A model generated the notes under the pieces. It worked only from the letters and a program-made list of their open reading frames with translations, had not been told where the DNA came from and made no database searches. This document shows, piece by piece, positions 1 to 10,833 of a DNA stretch of 32,000 nt; positions within the stretch are counted from its first letter, which is position 1; every line of letters begins with the position of its first letter. The DNA comes from Candidatus Saccharimonadota bacterium. GTDB lineage: Bacteria > Bacteroidota > Bacteroidia > Flavobacteriales > Blattabacteriaceae. The translations under genes were made by a program, and so were the position numbers. The stretch is from positions 210,001 to 242,000 of the forward strand of contig NZ_CP006873.1 in NCBI RefSeq assembly GCF_000709555.1. The letters run 5' to 3'.

Positions 1-1152
1 GTAGAGAAGGGAAAGGGATATCAAGTAAAAAACATCAATTACTTTGTGCAACTAGCACGAACGAGACCTTGGTCTGCATTGTATATGTCAGCCTTTTATT
101 TTACAAGCATCTCTTTGGGAGCTCTATTCTTTTTAAGTATTCAACATGCTGTCCAAGCTGGATGGCCCATTGTAGTAAGTAGAGTCATGGAAGGAGTTTC
201 TTCATTCTTACCCTTTGGGGGAGTAATTATACTACTTCTTTTAATACTAAATTGTATAGGAGTTATACATATGATACCCTGGATGGATTCTTCTTTCTCA
301 GATCCAAATTCTCCAAATTACGATGAGTTCATTCATAATAAACTACCTTTTTTAAACATTTATTTTTACCTAATAAGAAGTATTCTATATGTAGTGGGCT
401 GGACATTTTTTATGTGTTGTCTTAAATTTATTTCCAAGAAATTAGATTATACACGTAGTGTAAAAGAACATAAGACATTACGTTATGTCTCAGTGGTTTT
501 TATCTTATTTTTTTCCATTAGTTCTATGGTAATGGGTTGGGATTGGATTATGTCTTTAGATCCGTCCTGGTTCAGCACACTTTTTGGATGGTATGTTTTG
601 GGATCTTATTTAGTATCTGGAATTACTGTAATTTCACTAGTAGCGATATTTCTAAATAGTCAAGGTTATCTTCCTTTTTTTAATCATAATCATTTACACG
701 ATTTAGCTAAATATATTTTTGCTACTAGTCTTCTATGGACTTATTTATGGTTTTCACAATTTTTACTCTATTGGTATGGTAATATCCCTGAAGAAGTCAC
801 ATATTTTCTGCATCGTTCAAATCAATATCATTTTATTAACTTTATCATGCTAATTCCCAATTTTTTGTTCCCTCTTTTTGGACTTATCAGTAGTAGATCT
901 AAAAGGAATAAAAAAATCATCGTTATATTAGGATGCATCCTACTGATAGGACATATTATAGACATATATAATATGATTATGCCAGGTAGCGTCGGTGGTT
1001 TTTATGGGTTTGGGATGTCTGAAATCGGTAGTCTACTTTTTGTAGGTGGAGGTTTTTTATTGGTTCTATTACGTGAATTTGGGAAAATGAATTTATCCCC
1101 ACAGGGTAATTTCCTATTCTATGAAAGTGTATTCTATGAATATTCCTTATAA
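1..1152 (+). CDS. actF: Alternative complex III (quinol:cytochrome c oxidoreductase) polytopic membrane subunit, ActF-like ('quinone-binding subunit 2'); 5'-partial at the window edge
   Basis: Frame 1 is open from base 1, with no stop before the GTG at 46, so the gene probably starts upstream of the window. It is a multi-pass membrane protein. Motifs RPWSALY..AGW, GWDWIMSLDPSWFSTLFGWY and LWFSQFLLYWYGNIPEEVTYF match my recollection of flavobacterial ActF. Confidence 0.6.
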   Translation, partial: VEKGKGYQVKNINYFVQLARTRPWSALYMSAFYFTSISLGALFFLSIQHAVQAGWPIVVSRVMEGVSSFLPFGGVIILLLLILNCIGVIHMIPWMDSSFSDPNSPNYDEFIHNKLPFLNIYFYLIRSILYVVGWTFFMCCLKFISKKLDYTRSVKEHKTLRYVSVVFILFFSISSMVMGWDWIMSLDPSWFSTLFGWYVLGSYLVSGITVISLVAIFLNSQGYLPFFNHNHLHDLAKYIFATSLLWTYLWFSQFLLYWYGNIPEEVTYFLHRSNQYHFINFIMLIPNFLFPLFGLISSRSKRNKKIIVILGCILLIGHIIDIYNMIMPGSVGGFYGFGMSEIGSLLFVGGGFLLVLLREFGKMNLSPQGNFLFYESVFYEYSL

Positions 1153-1560
1153 TAAATTGACAGGTAAACATTTAAAAGCCATCGCATATTGTTTGATATG
1201 TTTAAACATAGCTTCCATACCGTTAGCTCGGATAGGAGATAGGAAAGAACTAAGTCCAATTTTTAAAATAAATTCTGGTTCAGAATAAATAATATGGTCT
1301 AAGAAACGTCCAGAATAGATACGTAGCATTAATGCTATAATACCCCGTGGAATAATAGCATCACTGTAGGCTTGAAAACAAATTTTATTTTTTTTTACAT
1401 AGGCATGTAACCATACTCTAGAATGACATCCTAGAATCAATTTATCTTCACTACGTAAATAAGATGGAATTGGTTGAAGTTTTTTACCTAATTCTATTAG
1501 ATAGAGATATTTATCTTCCCAATTGTCAAAAATTGAAAATTCCTCTATGACCTCTTGCAT
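1147..1560 (-). CDS. sufE: Cysteine desulfuration / Fe-S cluster assembly protein SufE
   Basis: The 137 aa length is typical of the SufE family. Motifs W..KY.YLIELGK and LGCHSRVWL (active-site Cys) are present, with SPIRANG near the C-terminus. Confidence 0.8.
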   Translation of the reverse strand: MQEVIEEFSIFDNWEDKYLYLIELGKKLQPIPSYLRSEDKLILGCHSRVWLHAYVKKNKICFQAYSDAIIPRGIIALMLRIYSGRFLDHIIYSEPEFILKIGLSSFLSPIRANGMEAMFKHIKQYAMAFKCLPVNLL

Positions 1561-1582
1561 GCTTTTTTTAAAATAGGCTGTC

Positions 1583-1657
1583 GGGGATGTAGCTCAAGTT
1601 GGCTAGAGCGCTACAATGGCATTGTAGAGGTTGTGGGTTCAATTCCCATCGTCTCCA
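1583..1657 (+). tRNA. tRNA-Ala (anticodon GGC)
   Basis: Hand-folded cloverleaf. Acceptor GGGGATG/CGTCTCC carries the G3:U70 alanine identity pair. D arm is GCTC/GAGC. Anticodon stem is CTACA/TGTAG with loop ATGGCAT. T arm is GTGGG-TTCAATT-CCCAT. Discriminator is A and no CCA is encoded. Confidence 0.9.
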
Positions 1658-1659
1658 CG

Positions 1660-1936
1660 AGACTCCAACCAGAGACGTCATCAAATATTCTGTAGAACGG
1701 GATACACCATAACTACTACCTACGGTGGTGAGTAATCATCTGATCAGGTAGTTAAAGAAAACGGTAATATGAGAATGCTGGGTTCTATTACTTTTAAGCA
1801 GACACGTTTTCCATAAAAAATATTTCCCTAATGCGTATAGCACGCTCTATTGCCTTACGGTGAGTACGAGCGACTAAAAAATACGGGCTACTAAAAAATA
1901 TAATACCCGGACCGTTGGATAACGATTCGGGTTTTT
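1660..1936 (+). ncRNA. rnpB: Candidate RNase P RNA (rnpB), strongly reduced type A; boundaries approximate
   Basis: The intergenic stretch is visibly GC-richer than its surroundings and has no ORF. GATCAGGTA (1742-1750), then AAAG/AAAA, then CGGTAA (1762-1767) parallels the E. coli M1 segment GAUCAGGUAAGGGUGAAAGGGUGCGGUAAG. ATAATACCCGGAC (1899-1911) parallels the P4 3' strand ACAGAACCCGGCU. GGTGAGTACGAGCGA...GGGCTAC parallels CAGUGAGCGA...GGCCUAG. TCCAAC (1664-1669) can pair with GTTGGA (1914-1919) as P1. A T-run lies at 1932-1936. Weak points: the CR-I/P4 5' strand (GTAGAACGGGAT, about 1692) is divergent, and P3 and P7-P9 appear nearly absent. Confidence 0.5.
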
Positions 1937-1960
1937 AATAAAAATATGTTTTCTTTTTAA

Positions 1961-3863
<1,903 letters not shown>

Positions 3864-3923
3864 CGTTAGGTTATTTGATCGAAAAAACATAAAATTATGT
3901 AAATTTTTTATCACAGACAACTT

Positions 3924-4142
3924 TCAACGGTTAAAAAAACAGTTAAATGTCAGTATTAAAATAAATAATCCTATTGATAGGATCCAAGTAGTTTTTTCTA
4001 AAAAATCATTCGGTCGGCGGATCCCGAATATTTGTGTGCTCTTGGGGGTTAAAATTTGAGAACTTTTAGGATTTTGAATCAGAATTATGATCAACAGTAA
4101 AAAAGATATAATGCTAATAAGTATAGTTAAAAATATATACAC
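3924..4142 (-). CDS. secG: Preprotein translocase subunit SecG
   Basis: 72 aa with two TM segments. LIQNPKS...IFG...DFLEKTTW matches the flavobacterial SecG pattern. It has a GTG start and the conserved position upstream of groES. Confidence 0.75.
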   Translation of the reverse strand: MYIFLTILISIISFLLLIIILIQNPKSSQILTPKSTQIFGIRRPNDFLEKTTWILSIGLFILILTFNCFFNR

Positions 4143-4155
4143 GTCGTTAGTTTCA

Positions 4156-5340
4156 CTAAATTTCTATGCTGAATTGTTTTATTTTTCTATAGAGTGTTCG
4201 TTCAGATATCCCCAATTCCTTGGCCACCGTTTTTCTTTTACCCCTATTTCTCTTTAAAGCTTTGCGAATCAACTCTATTTCTTTTTCCTGCAAGGATAGA
4301 GATTTAGAAGCAGTCCGCGGTTCTTTGGATTCATCAATTTCTTCATAATTAGTTTCTAATGAATATTTTTTCCCTGCTGCAGATATTATTTCCTCTTGTG
4401 GATGATCCTGTTTAACACGATGAGCATATTCTGTAGGGCTTCGCATAAGTTTCCATGTGAGAGACTTTAAATCGGTTAAATCCTTACGCATATCATAAAG
4501 CACTTTGTAAAGTAAGTCTCTCTCATTACTCATTTGTCCCGACTCCTGAGAAAGCGTATGTTCAGGAAGATATTCTTTTATGCGTTCAATAGAAACCTCT
4601 CTATCAGACTCTAGAATAGATAGTTGTTCTACAACATTACGCAATTGACGAACATTTCCTGGCCACGGATAATTTTTTACATAACCCATAGCATCACTAC
4701 TTAACTTTATGGTAGGCATTCGGTATTTTTCTGCAAAATACTGTGAAAATTTTTTAAATAATAAACTAATATCTCCTCTACGAGCTCGTAAGGAAGGCAC
4801 ATTAATTTGAACAGTATTGAGTCTATAATAGAGATCTTCTCGGAATCTTCCTTTAGATATCGCCTCAGAAATATTAACATTAGTTGCAGCAATGATCCGT
4901 ACATTTGTTCTCTGTATTATAGAAGATCCTACCTTTAAAAATTCTCCGGATTCTAAAACTCGTAATAGCCGGACTTGCGTGGTAAGAGGTAATTCACCTA
5001 CTTCATCGAGAAATATGGTACCCTTATCGACTACTTCAAAATATCCTTTACGTACACAAGTAGCGCCGGTAAATGACCCCTTTTCATGACCGAAAAGTTC
5101 GCTCTCTATAGTTCCTTCAGGAAGAGCCCCACAATTTACAGCTATATAAGAATGATGCTTTCGCAAGGAAAGTTGATGAATGATCTTCGGAAGAAATTCC
5201 TTTCCTACACCACTTTCACCCATTACTAGGACAGAAATATCCGTGGGAGACACCTGAATTGCCTTTGCTAATGAGCGATTTAGCCCTGGGTCATTTCCGA
5301 TTATTTTGAACCGTTGTTTTATGCTCTGTATGTTTTCCAT
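4156..5340 (-). CDS. Sigma-54-dependent transcriptional activator (AAA+ enhancer-binding protein, Fis-type HTH, no receiver domain)
   Basis: Walker A GESGVGKE, ESELFGHEKGSFTGA (a GAFTGA-type sigma-54 contact loop), Walker B FLDEVGEL, the R-finger region and a C-terminal HTH (ELGISERTLYRKIK) are all present. Confidence 0.85.
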   Translation of the reverse strand: MENIQSIKQRFKIIGNDPGLNRSLAKAIQVSPTDISVLVMGESGVGKEFLPKIIHQLSLRKHHSYIAVNCGALPEGTIESELFGHEKGSFTGATCVRKGYFEVVDKGTIFLDEVGELPLTTQVRLLRVLESGEFLKVGSSIIQRTNVRIIAATNVNISEAISKGRFREDLYYRLNTVQINVPSLRARRGDISLLFKKFSQYFAEKYRMPTIKLSSDAMGYVKNYPWPGNVRQLRNVVEQLSILESDREVSIERIKEYLPEHTLSQESGQMSNERDLLYKVLYDMRKDLTDLKSLTWKLMRSPTEYAHRVKQDHPQEEIISAAGKKYSLETNYEEIDESKEPRTASKSLSLQEKEIELIRKALKRNRGKRKTVAKELGISERTLYRKIKQFSIEI

Positions 5341-5348
5341 AGTGTTTT

Positions 5349-6764
5349 TTAGCTATTGAAAGTCGTCTTTCCTATCAGGGTCGAAGAAGTACAATCTACA
5401 ATATTTACAGTCACAAACTCTCCTATTTTATAGTACTCTTTTGGAAAGACTACTACAGCGTTCTGGGAATTTCTACCAGACCAATGCAAAGTACTTTTTT
5501 TTGATTCTCCTTCTATCAATACTTCCTGAATTTTTCCTAAATGCTTTTTTTTACCTTCATAAGAATGTTTCTGTTGCAAATCTATAATCTCTTGTAAACG
5601 TTTTTTCTTTGTAGAGTCAGGAACATCATCAACCAATCTTTTTGAAGCCGGGGTCCCAGGACGTACAGAATAAGCAAACATATATCCGAAATCAAAGTGC
5701 ACGTATTCCATAAGGCTCATAGTTTGATGATGATCACTTTCTGTTTCTCCGCAAAAACCTGCAATAATATCATGAGATATAGCACAATCTGGGATCAGAC
5801 ATCGTATTTTATCAATAAGTTCTATATATTGCTCGCGTGTATATCGACGATTCATGCGTTTTAATACACGTGTACTTCCAGACTGTACAGGGAGGTGAAT
5901 GTGTTTACATATGTTTGAATAACGGACGATAACTTTTAAAACTTTTTCTGACATATCAGAGGGATTAGAAGTAGAAAAACGAATACGCATTTTAGGCAAG
6001 GCACAAGCTACTAACTCAAGCAAATCCGCAAAGTCTAATGAGGTTTTACGTTGAATTTCTGAAGCTTTATAAAAATCCTTTTTCAGACCACCTCCATACC
6101 ACAAATAGGAATCAACGTTCTGTCCAAGAAGAATAACTTCTTTATATCCTTTCTTCCAAAGATTATTACATTCATTCACAATAGTATGCGGATCTCGACT
6201 TCGTTCTCTACCACGAGTGAAAGGAACTACGCAAAACGTACACATATTATCACAACCTCGAGTAATAGTGACAAAGGCTGTTACCCCGTTTCCTATAAAA
6301 CGAACCGGATTTATATCAGCGTAAGTATCAGATTTCGAGAAAGCTACATTAAGAGCCTTTCTTCCATCTTTAACCTGACGAATCAGAGAAGGAATATCAC
6401 GATAGCCATCAGGACCTACCACTAAATCAACTATTTGTTCTTCCTCAAGTAATCGAAACTTTAGTAGTTCTGCCATACACCCTAAAACACCTATCACTAT
6501 ATAAGGTCTGATTTTTTTTATCGATTGAAACTGTGCCAAACGCATCCTAATAGTGTTCTCTGCTTTCTCTCGGATTGAACAAGTATTAATCAATATAACA
6601 TCAGCTTGTCCTGGATCCGAAGTCTTACTGAAACCTTCATCGAATAATATAGAAGTAACTATCTCACTATCATATAAATTCATTTGACAACCATAACTCT
6701 CTAAATAGAATTTCCGATTTTCCTCAATGTGTAGAGGAGAGATCAAACTAGATTCTACCTTCAT
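5349..6764 (-). CDS. miaB: tRNA-2-methylthio-N6-dimethylallyladenosine synthase MiaB (radical SAM methylthiotransferase)
   Basis: 471 aa. It has the N-terminal UPF0004 cysteine motif (YGCQMN...NTCSIR), the radical-SAM CxxxCxxC motif (GCDNMCTFCVVP) and a C-terminal TRAM-like region. Confidence 0.93.
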   Translation of the reverse strand: MKVESSLISPLHIEENRKFYLESYGCQMNLYDSEIVTSILFDEGFSKTSDPGQADVILINTCSIREKAENTIRMRLAQFQSIKKIRPYIVIGVLGCMAELLKFRLLEEEQIVDLVVGPDGYRDIPSLIRQVKDGRKALNVAFSKSDTYADINPVRFIGNGVTAFVTITRGCDNMCTFCVVPFTRGRERSRDPHTIVNECNNLWKKGYKEVILLGQNVDSYLWYGGGLKKDFYKASEIQRKTSLDFADLLELVACALPKMRIRFSTSNPSDMSEKVLKVIVRYSNICKHIHLPVQSGSTRVLKRMNRRYTREQYIELIDKIRCLIPDCAISHDIIAGFCGETESDHHQTMSLMEYVHFDFGYMFAYSVRPGTPASKRLVDDVPDSTKKKRLQEIIDLQQKHSYEGKKKHLGKIQEVLIEGESKKSTLHWSGRNSQNAVVVFPKEYYKIGEFVTVNIVDCTSSTLIGKTTFNS

Positions 6765-6894
6765 ATCTTTCTTGTGTTTGCAGTTTTTTTTTGAGAACTT
6801 TTCGAATACGCAAAGCTCTTACTGCTATTAATGTTATAATACTATCAACGCAGCATTAAACGTTTGTCCTCTTAAGGAAATAACTATATGCTAA

Positions 6895-8052
6895 CTATAA
6901 TTCTAGCGCATTCTCAATTTTACTCTCCATCAAAATTTCTATAGGATTTTCTAAAATTTCTTTAACAGACACTAGAAATCCCACAGATTCTCTTCCGTCT
7001 ATGATTCTATGGTCATATGACAGTGCTACGTACATTATGGGACGAATCTTCACCTCTCCATTTATGGCCACAGGACGCTCAACTATATTATGCATGCCTA
7101 AAATAGCGCTTTGCGGAGGATTAATAATGGGAGTCGAAAGCATCGAACCAAATACTCCTCCATTAGTAATGGTAAAAGTCCCACCACTCATTTCATCTAC
7201 GGAAATTTTTCCGGATCGGACACGTGATGCTAAACGTTTTATCTCTTGTTCTATTCCTCTGAAGGAAAGTATCTCTGCATTTCTTAAAACTGGAACCATT
7301 AAACCTTTAGGTCCAGATATAGCAATACTGATATCACAAAAATCATAATGTATTTTCTCTTCTCCATCAATCATAGTATTTATATCAGGATATAAATTTA
7401 GAGCTTTTACACAAGATTTTACAAAAAAAGACATAAAACCTAATCCGACACCATGTTGTTCTTTAAATTGTTCTTTATATCGATTTCTCAAACTGAATAT
7501 CTCGCTCATGTCTATTTCGTTAAAAGTAGTAAGCATAGCAGTTTCGTTTTTTACGTTGACTAGACGTTCCGAAATTTTCTTTCTAAGTGCAGAAAGACGT
7601 TCTCTTTGAAATGAACGAGGAGCCCCACCCATCGACGGAATAGCTTTAAGAGCATCTTTTTTGGTAATCCGACCTTCTTTACCAGAACCTAAAATTTGGG
7701 AATAAGAAATATTTTTCTCTGCTAAAATCTTCCTTGCTGCTGGAGAAGGTATTTTTTTAAGTTCATCTGTTGTAATAGGTTTTTCTTCTATTTTTTTTAT
7801 CCGTGCAGACGCATTTTTGTTCAGATCTATCAAGCATACTATATGACCAACTTGTAAGGTTTCTCCTTCCTTTGCTTTTAGAGTTATAATGCCACTTTTT
7901 TCAGCTGTAAGTTCTAAGGTAGCTTTATCAGAAGAAATTTCTGCAATAACTTGATCTTTTCTTACATAATCCCCATTTTTTACGAGCCAGGAAGAGATTT
8001 CGACTTCTGTAATCGATTCACCCGGGGAGGGAATTTTCATTTCCAATATCAT
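6895..8052 (-). CDS. sucB: 2-oxoglutarate dehydrogenase E2, dihydrolipoyllysine-residue succinyltransferase
   Basis: [19 protein letters not shown] marks a lipoyl domain with the DKA lipoyl-lysine motif. A PSBD (SPAARK) is present, and the catalytic domain ends in the SYDHRIIDG motif. Confidence 0.93.
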   Translation of the reverse strand: MILEMKIPSPGESITEVEISSWLVKNGDYVRKDQVIAEISSDKATLELTAEKSGIITLKAKEGETLQVGHIVCLIDLNKNASARIKKIEEKPITTDELKKIPSPAARKILAEKNISYSQILGSGKEGRITKKDALKAIPSMGGAPRSFQRERLSALRKKISERLVNVKNETAMLTTFNEIDMSEIFSLRNRYKEQFKEQHGVGLGFMSFFVKSCVKALNLYPDINTMIDGEEKIHYDFCDISIAISGPKGLMVPVLRNAEILSFRGIEQEIKRLASRVRSGKISVDEMSGGTFTITNGGVFGSMLSTPIINPPQSAILGMHNIVERPVAINGEVKIRPIMYVALSYDHRIIDGRESVGFLVSVKEILENPIEILMESKIENALEL

Positions 8053-8056
8053 AAGT

Positions 8057-10777
8057 TCATGATCTAAAAACTTTTTCTATAATTTCCTTCTGTGTTTTTA
8101 TAAAATTACTATAAGAACCACTGGCTGGAGAAGCACTTTCATCACGAGATATAATCTCAAAAGGGATGCTTTTTAGTGTATAAGATATGTAAGGCCAAGG
8201 TCCCATGTTTTTAGGTTCTTCTTGAACCCACATCCATCGTTTACATTTTGGGTATTTTTCCAAAATTCTTTTTAATAATTCTTTTTGGATAGGATATAAC
8301 TGCTCTAACCGTATTAGTGCAATATGCATAGATCTAGTGATTTCTTTTTCCTTAAGGATTTCATAATATATTTTTCCTGAACAAATAACTATTTGTGTTA
8401 TTCGTTTAGGATCATCAGTGTCGTCGTCTATGATTGGATAGAATCTATCTGTAGCCAGATTTGCTAATGTAGCAACACATTTAGGATGTCTTAAGAGACT
8501 TTTAGGGGTGAAAATAACTAAGGGTTTTCTAAAAGGAAATTTCATATGTCTTCGTAAAGCGTGATAAAAATTGGCCGGATTAGTACAGTTTAGTATAAAC
8601 ATATTATATCGGCCGCACAATTGAAGATATCGTTCAATACGTGCAGAAGAGTGCTCTGATCCTTGTCCCTCATAGCCATGAGGTAATAACAGTACTAATC
8701 CGTTTTGTATTTTCCATTTATCTTCTGCAGCAGATAAATACTGATCTATAATAATTTGAGCTCCATTGCTAAAATCTCCAAATTGTGCTTCCCAAAGAGT
8801 TAGGGTATTAGGAGAAGCCATAGCATAACCATAATCAAATCCCATTACTCCGTATTCAGAAAGTGGGGAGTTATATATTTGTATAAGACCTTGTCCTACT
8901 CTAAGATGGTTTAGTGTAATATACTTATTTTCAAAATTTTCGGATTTAATTACTGCATGACGATGGGAAAAAGTCCCCCTCTCAACGTCTTCTCCAGAAA
9001 GACGGATATCGAAATTTTCATATAATAAAGTCCCATAAGCTAAAAGTTCTGCCATACCCCAATCAATGATATTACCATTTTTTATCATTTCTTTTCTTTG
9101 GGCTAAAATTTTTTCTATTTTTTTATAGAAATGATAAGTTTTTGGTAAACTGCTTATTATTAAGCCTATTTCTGTTAGTAGTTCTATAGGAAAACTTGTA
9201 TCCATCTCTTTGAATACCTGAGAAGATTGGTCTGGTGAAAAAATATTCCATTCTGAAGGCAAAAAATAATTTAATTGATTTCGCTTCCTATTTTTAGCTC
9301 TTTCATAGCTATTTTCTAGCTTTTTACTCAAATCTTGTTCAATAACTTGAATGTATGCATTATCTATGATGTTTTCTTTTTGTAATTTTTTTTTGTAAAT
9401 ATCTCTAGCGTTAATCTGATTCGCAATAGCCTTATAAAGTGAAGGTTGTGTAAACCTGGGGTCATCTCCTTCATGGTGTCCATATTTCCTATATCCCAAA
9501 ATATCAATAAAAACATCTCTTTGATAATGCATTCTAAAATCGACAGCAAAATGTATAGCGTGAATAACGGATTCTACATCATCAGCATTGACGTGTAATA
9601 CTGGGGAAAGGGTAACTTTTCCTATATCAGTACAATAGATACTAGAACGACCATCTATATAATCAGTGGTAAATCCCATTTGATTATTGACTACTATATG
9701 TATCGTTCCTCCTGTTTTATAACCTTCTAGTTGAGACATTTGCACAATTTCATAAATAAGACCTTGTCCAGAAATAGCAGCATCGCCATGTATAAGAATG
9801 GGTAACAGATGGTTATAATTTTTCTTATAGTAATGATCTATCTTCGCTCTTGCGAGACCTTCTACCACAGTATCTACAGTTTCAAGATGCGAAGGATTCG
9901 GTGCTAGACTTATTTTTATAGATTTCCCATGACGGTTATTTCGTTTTATCGTAGCTCCTAAATGATATTTGACGTCTCCAGAAAAAACTTTTTCATCATA
10001 TTCTTTTCCATCGAATTCGCTAAATATTTCTTCTAAGCTTTTTTTTAAAATATTAGCTAATACATTTAATCTACCTCTATGAGCCATCCCTATAACAAAT
10101 TCCTCGGCTTCATAACAAATCGAGGCATATTCTATAAGCTCATCAACAGCAGGTAACAAAGATTCATTCCCTTCAATAGAAAATCTTTTCTGACCTACAA
10201 ATTTAGTGTGTAAAAAGTTTTCAAATACTACTGCTTCAGTGAGTTTATTCAGTAAGTTTTTTTTTTCTTCAACCGAAAGAGACGGTTTATTCTCATTTTT
10301 ATTAAGCCATTGCTGAATCCAGTAAATATTTTCTGGATTTCGCAAATGTATATATTCTATTCCTATAGATTCGCAATATACAGTCTTCAGATGAGTCAAT
10401 ATATTAGCCAGCGTACAAGGTTCCTTTCCGACAAGTTTTCCAGCTTCAAAAACCGTTTCAAGATCTTCTATCCCAAGTCCAAATTGTTCAATATCTAAAT
10501 TCGGAGAATATTCACGCCTACTCCTAATTGGATTAGTTTTCGTAAAAAGATGCCCACGACTCCGATAGGCTTGGATCAAATTTAAGACCTGGAATTCCTT
10601 CAGAATTTTTTGAGAATCCTTGTTATCATTTCTATTGTAGGTTGCCAAGGCAAAATCAAAACCTTGAAAAAAAGCTCGCCAACTTGGCTCAATCTGGTCT
10701 GGAGTATGAAGATATCTATGATAGAGCTCTTCAATGAGTTTTGGATGAACGGTATTCAGAAAAGAATAACGATCCAT
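8057..10777 (-). CDS. sucA: 2-oxoglutarate dehydrogenase E1 component
   Basis: Length and sequence are typical of SucA ([30 protein letters not shown]). The start was moved to the internal Met (MDRYSFLN...) because the first 18 ORF codons look like read-through. Confidence 0.92.
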   Translation of the reverse strand: MDRYSFLNTVHPKLIEELYHRYLHTPDQIEPSWRAFFQGFDFALATYNRNDNKDSQKILKEFQVLNLIQAYRSRGHLFTKTNPIRSRREYSPNLDIEQFGLGIEDLETVFEAGKLVGKEPCTLANILTHLKTVYCESIGIEYIHLRNPENIYWIQQWLNKNENKPSLSVEEKKNLLNKLTEAVVFENFLHTKFVGQKRFSIEGNESLLPAVDELIEYASICYEAEEFVIGMAHRGRLNVLANILKKSLEEIFSEFDGKEYDEKVFSGDVKYHLGATIKRNNRHGKSIKISLAPNPSHLETVDTVVEGLARAKIDHYYKKNYNHLLPILIHGDAAISGQGLIYEIVQMSQLEGYKTGGTIHIVVNNQMGFTTDYIDGRSSIYCTDIGKVTLSPVLHVNADDVESVIHAIHFAVDFRMHYQRDVFIDILGYRKYGHHEGDDPRFTQPSLYKAIANQINARDIYKKKLQKENIIDNAYIQVIEQDLSKKLENSYERAKNRKRNQLNYFLPSEWNIFSPDQSSQVFKEMDTSFPIELLTEIGLIISSLPKTYHFYKKIEKILAQRKEMIKNGNIIDWGMAELLAYGTLLYENFDIRLSGEDVERGTFSHRHAVIKSENFENKYITLNHLRVGQGLIQIYNSPLSEYGVMGFDYGYAMASPNTLTLWEAQFGDFSNGAQIIIDQYLSAAEDKWKIQNGLVLLLPHGYEGQGSEHSSARIERYLQLCGRYNMFILNCTNPANFYHALRRHMKFPFRKPLVIFTPKSLLRHPKCVATLANLATDRFYPIIDDDTDDPKRITQIVICSGKIYYEILKEKEITRSMHIALIRLEQLYPIQKELLKRILEKYPKCKRWMWVQEEPKNMGPWPYISYTLKSIPFEIISRDESASPASGSYSNFIKTQKEIIEKVFRS

Positions 10778-10833
10778 GAGAAATAAGTATAACTCTTCTG
10801 AGAAGAGAGAATGATTATTAAAATGTAACATTT

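Noticed and set aside
977-1171. 64-aa minus-strand ORF overlapping the actF 3' end. The other short antisense ORFs in the track were treated the same way (4707-4904, 4892-5089, 6186-6425, 7001-7348, 9364-9549, 10310-10498, 11342-11584, 12280-12678, 13898-14113, 18430-18624, 19704-19934, 21551-21754, 24980-25198, 26699-26890, 27122-27385, 28662-28850, 29354-29584, 29877-30182, 30561-30839, 31265-31486).
   Set aside because: All lie within or antisense to well-supported genes, are short, and show no family resemblance. They are the expected chance ORFs.
3864-3920. N-terminal ORF-track extensions of groES (3864-3920), sucA (10778-10831), alaS (13462-13530), greA (21339-21386) and hisG (29989-30009)
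   Set aside because: The extensions are unlike the conserved N-termini of these families. For alaS and greA they run into or towards tRNA genes. In each case an internal Met gives the canonical N-terminus.
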